From positions 6,112,001 through 6,176,000 of the forward strand of contig OY761158.1 of NCBI GenBank assembly GCA_963664405.1: a stretch of DNA of 64,000 bases. The letters are read 5' to 3'. Positions within the stretch are counted from its first letter, which is position 1. Each line of letters opens with the position of its first letter. The notes below the pieces were generated by a model. It was not told where the DNA came from. It worked only from the letters and a program-made list of their open reading frames with translations, and searched no databases. The stretch comes from Thermoanaerobaculia bacterium. Lineage in GTDB: Bacteria > Acidobacteriota > Thermoanaerobaculia > Multivoradales > Multivoraceae. Positions 9,416 to 18,091 of the stretch are shown here, piece by piece. Made by a program: the position numbers and the translations under genes.

Positions 9416-10581
9416 AACTCCTCCTCGTCAAACCTTCAGCGCTGGTGGCGCCGGTGGGAGACGGCTACGTCGTCTACGATGTCGAGGAGGATCAGCTACA
9501 CCACTTGAATCCTTCGGCAGCCCTGATCGTGGAGTTGTGTGACGGCTCCCGTCATCTCGACCAGATCAGGGCTGCTCTCCTCCCTCTGCTCGGCGAGTCC
9601 GGATGGGAGGATTGCGTTCGCTGGATCGACGAGGCGGAGAGGACTGGCCTACTGGTGAGCGGGCCTCCCGCTGGGCTCGGTGGCGCCGAGGTCTCCGCCA
9701 ACCGACTCGTCGAGCTTGCGGATCGCCTTCGTAGCGATGACCGAGTACTCGCGGCGTTCGTTTGCCAGACGCACGCCGCCGAGCTGGCTCCCGACGAGCC
9801 GCTGATGTGGTGTCGACTCGGTGAGCTCGCTCACATCGTCGGTCGCAGAGCCGAGGCGCGCGAAGCGTACGAGCGCTACTTCGAAAGACATCCTGAGGAC
9901 GCGGAGGTCGAGCACATTCTGGTGGCACTCCGCGATGATGCGCCACCGGCGCGAGCTTCCGATCAGTTCATCGAGCAGCTCTATTCGCGCTTCGCATCTT
10001 TCTACGACACCAACATGTGCGACGAGCTCGAGTATCGGGCCCCTCGCCGGCTGTTCGAGGTCGTTTCTCCGACTCTGGCGGGTCGCGATCAGCTCGACGT
10101 GCTGGATCTCGGTTGTGGCACGGGGCTGAACGGCGAGCTGCTTCGCGCTCATGCGCGGCGACTGATTGGTATCGACCTTTCGCCGCAGATGATCGAGCGG
10201 GCTCAGGAGAGAGCGGTCTACGACGAGCTGCATCAGGCAGAGATCACGGCCTGGCTGGAGGGCTGTGCCGCGCGCTACGACCTGATTGCCGCCTGCGACA
10301 CGCTGATCTACTTCGGCGACTTACGCCAGGTGGTGCTGCCGGCGGCACGCAGGCTGAGTGCGAACGGAACGATCGCTTTTACCGTCGAGCGGGGCGACAA
10401 CGCCCCGTTTCAGCTCGGCGACTCGGGGCGCTTCACCCACCACCCCGATCATCTGCGTGCCGTGGCGGCCGAGACTGGACTGTCGGTAGTGGGAATCGAG
10501 GAGACCGTGCTGCGCTCAGAGTACGGCGATCCCGTGGAAGGGCTGGTTGCCGTGTTCTCTACTGACTCGGTCCCTCCCTAG
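9412..10581 (+). CDS. PqqD/RRE - TPR - class I SAM methyltransferase fusion (COG4976-like)
   Basis: N-terminal GYVVYD..HHLNPSAALIVELCDG (PqqD/RRE pattern); TPR-like helices; VLDLGCGTG motif I; DLIAACDTLIYFGDL; SGRFTH. Confidence 0.85.
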   Translation: MKLLLVKPSALVAPVGDGYVVYDVEEDQLHHLNPSAALIVELCDGSRHLDQIRAALLPLLGESGWEDCVRWIDEAERTGLLVSGPPAGLGGAEVSANRLVELADRLRSDDRVLAAFVCQTHAAELAPDEPLMWCRLGELAHIVGRRAEAREAYERYFERHPEDAEVEHILVALRDDAPPARASDQFIEQLYSRFASFYDTNMCDELEYRAPRRLFEVVSPTLAGRDQLDVLDLGCGTGLNGELLRAHARRLIGIDLSPQMIERAQERAVYDELHQAEITAWLEGCAARYDLIAACDTLIYFGDLRQVVLPAARRLSANGTIAFTVERGDNAPFQLGDSGRFTHHPDHLRAVAAETGLSVVGIEETVLRSEYGDPVEGLVAVFSTDSVPP

Positions 10582-10734
10582 TCGTCGGCGACTTTGCCTA
10601 CCACCTGACCCAACATCTCTTCAACACCGAGGAGCGTCTGTTCGCCGATCCCGACGGCACCATCCGAGCGCGTTGCCGACTTGGCCGGAGTCGACTTTCG
10701 ACGTGTGCGCTTATGGATCTTTGCCCGTACTGCT
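10581..10734 (+). pseudogene. C-terminal remnant of APH(6)/hydroxyurea-resistance-type kinase
   Basis: VVGDFAYHLTQHLFNTEERLFADPDGTIR, frameshift, RVADLAGVDFRRVRLWIFARTA; no start or N-terminus. Confidence 0.6.
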
Positions 10735-10798
10735 GTCACGCCTCCAGACGGGAGAGGGATGCGGTCCCCGCCTTCTTGCGATCGATCGCGCCGCACTG

Positions 10799-10966
10799 AA
10801 AGTGGACCGTAACACTCGAACGTTTAGTGGCTGAGTGAGTCATTCGTGGTCGAGATCAAGGCGCGCTGACGCAGGCATATCGGGGACTATGTCGAGGAAG
10901 CGTAACGCAGAGATCGGCCGCGAGGGCCGCTCAGGCGCTAAACGTTTGGGTGTTACGGCCCACTAG
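10799..10966 (+). repeat. Hairpin element, copy 2 (right end CTAG, left end degenerate AAAG)
   Basis: Arms AGTGGACCGTAACACTCGAACGTTTAG / CTAAACGTTTGGGTGTTACGGCCCACTAG; core GGCGCGCTGACGCAGGCATAT..ATGTCGAGGA shared with copy 3. Confidence 0.8.
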
Positions 10967-11036
10967 ATCGAAGGAGACTGCTCGAGGGCGCCTGGAGGCG
11001 GGATACCATCGCCAGGCGCGGAAGGAGAATCTCCTT

Positions 11037-12563
11037 ATGTTGATTCGAGTCATCGCCCTCCTCTTCCCTTCGCTGTTGATGGTTGTTGCTGGCTTCGCCC
11101 AGGATCGGGCGCGCCCGAACATCCTCTTCATCTTTTCGGACGACCACGCCTATCAGGCGATCAGCGCCTACGGCTCGCGGATCAACCACACCCCGAATAT
11201 CGATCGCCTTGCCCGGGAGGGGATGAGGTTCGAGAACGCCCTGGTCACCAACTCGATCTGCGCGCCGAGTCGGGCGGTGATCCTCAGCGGCAAGTACAGC
11301 CACCTCAACGGTGTTCTCGACAACGTCCTGGCCTTCGACGGCTCGCAGCAGACCTTCCCGAAGCTGCTTCAGCAGGCCGGGTATCAGACCGCGATGATCG
11401 GCAAGTGGCATCTCAAGAGCGATCCGACCGGGTTCGATCATTGGGAGGTGCTGCCCGGGCAGGGCTCCTACTACAACCCCGACATGCGCATCGAGGGAGG
11501 GGAGCGGCAACATCACGGCTATGTGACCGACATCATCACCGATCTGACCTTGGAGTGGCTCGAGGAGAAGCGTGACGACGATCGGCCGTTCATGGTGATG
11601 ACCCAGCACAAAGCCCCGCATCGCAACTGGATGCCGGGTCCAGAGCATCTGACGCTCTACGACGGGGTGACGCTGTGGGAGCCGCCGACGCTCTTCGACG
11701 ACTATGCCAACCGTGCGAGCCCGGCACGTCTCCAGGAAATGGAGATCGGGCGTCACATGAGGGATTGGCACGACCTGAAAATCAAGCCGCCAGCCGATAC
11801 TCCCGAGAGCGATCTCCTACTACGAAGGTGGCTTCTGACCTACGGTCGCCTCGACGAGGGGCAGCGATTGGTTTGGGATGCCATCTACGAGCCCAAGAAC
11901 GCTGCGTTCGCGGCGGCCAATCTCAAGGGGCGCGAGCTGGTGCGCTGGAAGTACCAGCGCTACATCAAGGATTACCTGCGCACCATCGCTTCCATCGACG
12001 ACAATGTCGGGAGACTTCTGCGCTACCTCGATGCGACCGGCCTGGCGGAGAACACCGTCGTCATCTACAGCTCCGACCAGGGTTTCTACCTGGGGGAGCA
12101 CGGCTGGTTCGATAAACGGTGGATGTATGAAGAGTCACTCAAGACTCCACTCCTCGTGCGCTGGCCCGGCGTGGTGGCAGGGGGAAGCGTCAACACCGAC
12201 ATGGTCTCCAACCTGGATTACGCCGAGACTTTCCTGGAGATCGCGGGCGTCGAGGCTCCCGATGCGATGCAGGGCCGGAGCCTGGTGCCACTACTCGCCG
12301 GCAGCACTCCCGGCGATTGGCGGCAGAGCTTCTACTACCACTACTACGAGAAGGGGGTGCACAACGTGGCGCCCCACGAAGGCCTGCGGACCCCGACCCA
12401 CAAGCTGATCTCCTACTACGAGACCGGAGAGTGGGAGCTCTTTGATTTGGAAGCCGACCCTCACGAGCTGCGAAGTGTGTATGGTGCGAAAGGTTACCGG
12501 CGGCTTCAGAGTGAGCTACTGGAGGAGATGGAACGGCTGCGGCGTGAGTTGGGCGTGCCCTGA
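11037..12563 (+). CDS. Sulfatase (N-acetylglucosamine-6-sulfatase-like)
   Basis: CAPSR, FSDDH, GKWHL, HKAPH, SDQG. Start moved to ATG 11037 (signal peptide, AAGGAG upstream). Confidence 0.9.
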   Translation: MLIRVIALLFPSLLMVVAGFAQDRARPNILFIFSDDHAYQAISAYGSRINHTPNIDRLAREGMRFENALVTNSICAPSRAVILSGKYSHLNGVLDNVLAFDGSQQTFPKLLQQAGYQTAMIGKWHLKSDPTGFDHWEVLPGQGSYYNPDMRIEGGERQHHGYVTDIITDLTLEWLEEKRDDDRPFMVMTQHKAPHRNWMPGPEHLTLYDGVTLWEPPTLFDDYANRASPARLQEMEIGRHMRDWHDLKIKPPADTPESDLLLRRWLLTYGRLDEGQRLVWDAIYEPKNAAFAAANLKGRELVRWKYQRYIKDYLRTIASIDDNVGRLLRYLDATGLAENTVVIYSSDQGFYLGEHGWFDKRWMYEESLKTPLLVRWPGVVAGGSVNTDMVSNLDYAETFLEIAGVEAPDAMQGRSLVPLLAGSTPGDWRQSFYYHYYEKGVHNVAPHEGLRTPTHKLISYYETGEWELFDLEADPHELRSVYGAKGYRRLQSELLEEMERLRRELGVP

Positions 12564-12676
12564 GCTCACCCTCCACTAGGGGACTCTGGCACGCCGCGCG
12601 CGGCATCGCGCAGGAGAAGAACTCGGCGGCGGGTCGGGCTCCACTCACAGCGCGCGGCCATCGATCCCGGTCAGGC

Positions 12677-12705
12677 TTGACGCGACACCCACCAGACTCT
12701 AGTGT
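12677..12705 (+). promoter_or_regulatory. Putative sigma70 promoter
   Basis: TTGACG-N17-TAGTGT, 24 bp upstream of the ALDH start, with a GGAGG RBS between. Confidence 0.5.
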
Positions 12706-12729
12706 GTCCCGACCACTGGAGGCGACACC

Positions 12730-14280
12730 GTGACCCGCATCGAGAGCTACCTCAACGACACCTGGCAGAGCGGCCGGGAACCCATGATCGCACTCGTTAA
12801 TCCTGCCACCGAAGAGACACTGGCCGAGACCTCGACGCAAGGTTTGGACTTCACGGCGGCCCTCGCCTTCGCCCGAGACGTGGGCGGACCCTCCCTGCGC
12901 GCGCTGGGATTCGAGGGTCGATCCACACTGCTCGAGGAGATGAGCCGTCTGCTTTACGAACAACGTGAGCGCCTGATCGAAATCTCCATTGCCAACGGCG
13001 GCAACACACGCGGAGACGCCAAATTCGACATCGACGGGGCGACCGGCGCCCTGACCTACTATTCACGGCTCGGTTCCCAATTGGGCACCGGCAACGCGCT
13101 CTGGGATGGCGAATCCGAGCAGCTCGCGCGCTCGCCGCGCTTCCACGGCCGCCACCTCATGGTCCCTCTCCGAGGAGCGGCGGTGCATGTCGGCGCCTTC
13201 AATTTTCCCGCCTGGGGTACCTTCGAGAAGGCGGCCGTTGCCTTGCTGGCGGGCGTTCCGGTGGTCAGCAAGCCCGCTACATCTTCCTGCTTGCTGACTT
13301 GGGAGATGACGCGGATCCTGGTCGAGTCGGGAGTCCTGCCCGCGGGCAGCTTCCAGCTCGTCGCGGGATCGGCGGGAGATCTCCTTGCAGGCCTCGGGGG
13401 CCAGGATACCCTCGCTTTCACGGGCTCAGCGGACACAGCGGCACGCCTCCGCGCCGGTGCGGGTCCGGTACGCGAGAGCACCCGTATCAACATCGAGGCC
13501 GACTCTCTCAACGCGGCCCTTCTCGGCCCTTCGGTCGAGACCGGGACGACGGTGTGGGACGCTTTCATCCGGGCGGTCGTCAGCGAGATGACGCAGAAGG
13601 CTGGCCAGAAGTGCACGGCCATCCGTCGCATCATCGTTCCGACGAGCCAGATAGACAATGTCCAGGAAGCTCTCTGCGCGGAGCTGGCCGAGGTCAAGGT
13701 GGGCAACCCGGCCTTGGAGGAGGTTCGTATGGGACCCCTCGCGACGGCGGACCAGCTCGAGGATTATCGGGCGGGAGTGGCTAGCTTGGCAGAACAAGCG
13801 CGCATTGTCTTCGGAGATCCCACACGCGTAGATACCCTTGGCGTCCCTGCTGGCAAGGGTTATTTCGCGGCGCCGGTCCTGCTGCGAGCCGAGAATGCTC
13901 TGGCCGCCCACGAGGTACACCGCCGCGAGGTTTTTGGCCCCGTGGCGACATTGCTGCCCTACGATGGTAGCGTCGCAGAGGCCGTTGAGATCGTCGCGCG
14001 CGGTGGTGGCTCGCTGGTCAGCTCGGTCTTTGCGACAGACCGTGATTTCCTCAGCAGTGTCCTGCCGGAGCTGGCTCCCTACAACGGCCGCATTCTGGCG
14101 ATCGACCCGAAAGTCGCGGAGGTGGCCACGCCTCATGGCACCGTGCTTCCTTCGGTTGTCCACGGTGGCCCTGGACGTGCGGGAGGTGGCGAAGAGCTGG
14201 GTGGGAGACGGGGGCTCTCTTTCTATATGCAACGCTCCGGTCTGACCGGAAACCGAGCTCTGATCGACAAGATCGTGTGA
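12730..14280 (+). CDS. 3,4-dehydroadipyl-CoA semialdehyde dehydrogenase / PaaZ ALDH-domain-like protein
   Basis: AFNFPAWG, KPAT, FTGSA, EADSLN, KAGQKCTAIRR, HGGPGRAGGGEELGG; no MaoC domain. Confidence 0.85.
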   Translation: MTRIESYLNDTWQSGREPMIALVNPATEETLAETSTQGLDFTAALAFARDVGGPSLRALGFEGRSTLLEEMSRLLYEQRERLIEISIANGGNTRGDAKFDIDGATGALTYYSRLGSQLGTGNALWDGESEQLARSPRFHGRHLMVPLRGAAVHVGAFNFPAWGTFEKAAVALLAGVPVVSKPATSSCLLTWEMTRILVESGVLPAGSFQLVAGSAGDLLAGLGGQDTLAFTGSADTAARLRAGAGPVRESTRINIEADSLNAALLGPSVETGTTVWDAFIRAVVSEMTQKAGQKCTAIRRIIVPTSQIDNVQEALCAELAEVKVGNPALEEVRMGPLATADQLEDYRAGVASLAEQARIVFGDPTRVDTLGVPAGKGYFAAPVLLRAENALAAHEVHRREVFGPVATLLPYDGSVAEAVEIVARGGGSLVSSVFATDRDFLSSVLPELAPYNGRILAIDPKVAEVATPHGTVLPSVVHGGPGRAGGGEELGGRRGLSFYMQRSGLTGNRALIDKIV

Positions 14281-14379
14281 TCCGCCGCGGGATCCAACAG
14301 CTGCTTCCGTCATCCGTATTCAGCCGTTCTCAGCGCTGGCCGAGTTTGCCGTAGAAGAGGTGCCTGCCCCCTTCGACGG

Positions 14380-14436
14380 CTAGCCTGGACTATTCATGAG
14401 GTCCGTAGTAGGAGCTTCATGAATAATCCAGGCTAG
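14380..14436. repeat. 57-bp CTAG-bounded palindrome between convergent genes
   Basis: CTAGCCTGGACTATTCATGA...TCATGAATAATCCAGGCTAG; the right CTAG supplies the stop of the minus-strand gene. Confidence 0.75.
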
Positions 14437-15353
14437 GGACAGGCGGTGGCGAAGGCCGATGTATCGGTGATCGCCGCCGCAGACGTGCCCAGCGGGTTCA
14501 TGTATTGCCTGACGGTGCCGTACTCGGTGTCGGTCACCGTCAACGTGTACTCCACATTGGTGGTGGCCGCGGCGAAGGCCCAGTAATTGCCGTTGATGCT
14601 ACAGCCGTCGAGCACCTTCACCATCATCTCCCAGTTGTCGGGGCTGAAGAACCAGAAAACCCCCGAGTCGTCAGAGCTGATGGTGGGATAGCCACTGCCG
14701 ACTTGACCCTTGAAGTCACGCCAGCTGATCTCGACCCGGAAGCGTCCTCCGTTCAGACACATCGTAGTGTCGTCGGCGGTGCAGCCGTCGCCGCCTCCGG
14801 TGATCTGGCCTTTGAAGTAGCGCGAGGCTTGCTCGTAGGCGTCCGGGCCGATCTTGGCGCCCATGAAGCGGCCGGGGATGTCGTCGGCGGTGGGGTGGAT
14901 GCCGCCGTAGATGCGCGAGAGACTGCACTCGTCGGCGGCATCGTAGTACTTTGCCCACTGCAAGGTGACATCGACGCTCGGGCCCTCTTCGAAGACGAGG
15001 AACTCGTTCTGCGGGGCGAAGAACTCACCGAGACCGCCGGGAAAGAACTCGTCGCCGGTGAGCATCGACATTACCGCCGCCGCGGCTCGGCTGTAGGTAC
15101 TGTGCCCAGAGACGTAGCCCGCGAACGGCGGGGTGACGAAGGTCGGACGTTGGTAGGGCCACCAGTCTTCGGCCAGAATCCATCCCGTCCCGGCGCTGTC
15201 GATCGCGGGATTGAAGATGAAGCCGGGGCCGCGCCAGGCGTAAACCGCGATCTTGCCGATGTTGGCGCCGCCGACGCCGGCCAGGTGTTGGTGAAAACCG
15301 CCGGGTCCGGTACTTTCTTCGGTCACCAGCTCGATCGAGCCGGGGTGAAGCCC

Positions 15354-16717
15354 GGATGTGTCCCGTTTTTTGTGGAAATGGGTTCAGGCGTAGTCCTCCG
15401 AGTCGTCTTTTGCTAAATCCTACCGTTTACGCGGCCCTCTCAACCTCGAGCAGGAGCTGAAGCGCCCGGTAGCCGTTAATCCTTCGCAGGTGTATCTGCC
15501 CGAAGGCGACGAGCCCCCAGAGGAGCGTGACGCCGGCAGCCTCGGTGGCAAAGGAGCCCTGGGTTTTAGTGCGGCGACGAAACTCGCGGTTCAGGTTCTC
15601 CAGAGCGTTGGTCGTGCGCACCGAACTCCACAGCGATTTGGGGAGCTCGTAGAAGGTCAGTAGCTGGAACCCTGCCTCCTCAAGGCTGCGAGCCACCGCC
15701 GGGACTAGTCGCGACCACTTGGTGATGAACGCCGCGTAGGCCTTGCGGGCCTGTGCCGCGTCCTCGGCTCGTACGATCGAGTGCCAGTCACGCCGCAGCT
15801 CGTCGTGTGCGTGCACCGGGCAGTGTTTCTTCAGATTCTCCCACTTGTGTTGGACGCAGCGCTGGACTTTGACCTCAGGCCAAGCCTTCAGCGCCGCGGC
15901 CAGCCCTTTGTGGCCATCCGTGACCAGGTAGCGCGGAGCCTGAAGACCTCGGGCCTTCAGATCCTCGATCAGCCACTTCCAGTGCTCGGCGGCCTCGCTC
16001 GCGGCTAAACGTAAGGCCACCAGCACCTTGGTGCCGCCCGGAGTCACACCCAGCACCACCAGCACCGGTACCGAGACCACTCGACGGGCCAAGCGGACCT
16101 TCAGGTGAAAGCCATCGAGAAACAGAAGCACGTAGGACTCCTCCGACAGATCGCGCTCACTCCAGCGAGCAAAAAGCTCCTTCAGCCGAGACACCACACG
16201 CGAAACTGCGCTCTTGGACAGGTGCTCCTCACCCAGCAGCGGAGCCAATGCCTTCTTGATCCGGCGGCTGTTAGCGCCAGCCAGATACGCACCCAGGATC
16301 GCGTCATCGACCTCCTGCGTACGACGAGCGTAACGCGGCACGATCGCACTGCGAAACTCTACGCTGGCCCCATCCTCGCCGACTAGCCGTCCTCGTGGAA
16401 TGTCCAGTTCCTTCGACCCACACGCCGTCGTGATCAGACGACGCTGCTTGCCGTTGCGATAGCCCGCACGCTCGCCTGAACGCTCGTAGGCGCTGCAGCC
16501 CAGCGCCTCGGACAGCTCTTCCTCGAGTGTGATCTCGATCGCCGCACGAACACGCTCGCGTAACAACGAACGAATGTCCTGACGGAAGCGTGCAGCTTCC
16601 CCTTCCTCGTTGATATTCTCCACCATGGCGTAATCCTCCGTTCGCCCTAACCGGCGATGTGTTTGACCACTAGGAGGTTACGCCATTCTCAATTTCCACA
16701 GCATTCGGGACGGATCC
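15354..16717 (-). mobile_element. IS256-family insertion sequence, 1364 bp, 8-bp TSD TGAAGCCC
   Basis: Imperfect TIRs GGATGTGTCCCG..TGTGGAAAT..GGCGTA and GGATCCGTCCCG..TGTGGAAAT..GGCGTA; TSD at 15346-15353 and 16718-16725. Confidence 0.95.
15427..16626 (-). CDS. IS256-family (Mutator-like) transposase
   Basis: YRNG, LSKSAVSR, LFLDG, VTDG, QRCVQHK, RTTNALENLNREFRRRTK. Confidence 0.95.
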   Translation of the reverse strand: MVENINEEGEAARFRQDIRSLLRERVRAAIEITLEEELSEALGCSAYERSGERAGYRNGKQRRLITTACGSKELDIPRGRLVGEDGASVEFRSAIVPRYARRTQEVDDAILGAYLAGANSRRIKKALAPLLGEEHLSKSAVSRVVSRLKELFARWSERDLSEESYVLLFLDGFHLKVRLARRVVSVPVLVVLGVTPGGTKVLVALRLAASEAAEHWKWLIEDLKARGLQAPRYLVTDGHKGLAAALKAWPEVKVQRCVQHKWENLKKHCPVHAHDELRRDWHSIVRAEDAAQARKAYAAFITKWSRLVPAVARSLEEAGFQLLTFYELPKSLWSSVRTTNALENLNREFRRRTKTQGSFATEAAGVTLLWGLVAFGQIHLRRINGYRALQLLLEVERAA

Positions 16718-18091
16718 TGAAGCCCTATGCCCAGGGGATCGTAGGACATCCCACCTGGGTCCGAGCTCTGCCCCCTGTCGGCCATGTAGCGGATGGCTGA
16801 GATCGGTCGGACATAGTCGTACCAGCCTTTGGCCCCCCAGGCCGCGATGGCGACGTCGTGCATGGCGCCGCCCAGGGTGAGATAAACCTTGACGTCCCAC
16901 TCCAGATCGTTGAGCACCGGGCCAGTGCCCTCGAGACGCTTGACTACCTGCGGATGGTCGGAGACGTAGTTGGCGATCGTGAACCAGTGTCCCGGCGGGG
17001 TCTCGGAGTCGGGCCCGTCGGCCCAGAACTCCGCCAGAATGCGGTAGTAGTCGCCGGCCGGGACGATCTGAGGAGCGTAGGCTTCGCCGGTCACCGGGTT
17101 CAGGTCGTAACCGTCACCGTCATTGGTGCCGAGAGTGTTGTCCCCGTTCGAGGCCGGGCTGACGTCGATCATGACTCCGCCCGTGGGGTCCAGGAGCCCA
17201 CTCCACTCGATGACCTGCTCGAAGCCGGATTTGTACGCAGCGTCGGTCCCGCTTCCGATATAGGGCGGTGGCCCCGGGTCGTGGTAGACCCAATACTCGA
17301 AGCCGGCCCGCTCGTAGACTGTCAGGTCCTCTTCCTTCAGCGCGAACGGAAGCACCAGGCCCCATTCCGGGCTCAAGAAGTCGGGAACGCCGGTGGGGAA
17401 GAGATTGCCCGACTGGTCGACAAAGAACTCGAGCGCCAGCGGTTGCCAGCGGTTCGGGTCGACGATGTCGGGGTTGCCTGGCAACACTGGCAGCATAGGG
17501 GGGTTGATCGGGGTGTAAGAGAGGTTGGCATAGTCGCCCGCTTCATTGGCGCCGTCGCTCAGCCCCAAGTCGATGTAGGCCTCGGCGATGCGGTTGCCGA
17601 GTGCGGCCGGAGAATCTCCGGAGGTGCTGGAGAATCCCTTGTCGTAGCCCAGGGTGTCCATCAGGGCATCGAAGGAGGGGAGCGAGTCTTCGGCACCGGG
17701 CGAGCTCGCGAATCGCCACTTCAGCAGCCGATAGGCGGCGTAGCTGACTGCTTCTTCTCGCGCCGCTTCGACGTCTGCGGCGCTGGCTTGCTCGTGGTTC
17801 AGCCAGGTGTCGGTAGTGGGGTCGTAGGCCGCCCAGGCGTCCCACATCGCTGCGGAGGTATGAAAGAGGTTGCGTGCGTGGACGGTGGGTCGGGCAAAGT
17901 CGCCACGGATGGCGTCGAGAAGCGCTTCGTTCCACTGTCGAGCGACCGAGTGCTGGGCAATGGCCCCCGTTGCAGTCAGGAGGAGCAGAAGGCCTGCAAG
18001 CACAATTGCCGTGCTGGCTCGAGCCCGAGAGTCGACTCTTCTTGTATGGAGCAAGTCCTGAGTCCCCGTATTGTTGAGGGCGTTATTTCCC

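Larger units (their letters stand above)
14433..18054 (-). pseudogene. Secreted vanadium-dependent haloperoxidase-like gene interrupted by IS256
   Basis: KGWYDYVRP in the 5' part; PPFAGYVSGHS and SRIYGGIH in the 3' part. Removing the IS and one TSD restores the frame (..PLGIGLHPGSIELVTEES..). Start approximate (TTG 18054). Confidence 0.85.

Noticed and set aside
9412-9670. PQQ biosynthesis gene pqqD serving the quinoprotein at 41957
   Set aside because: Domain is fused to a TPR-methyltransferase, no pqqBCE nearby, and the peptide lacks the PqqA ExxxY motif.
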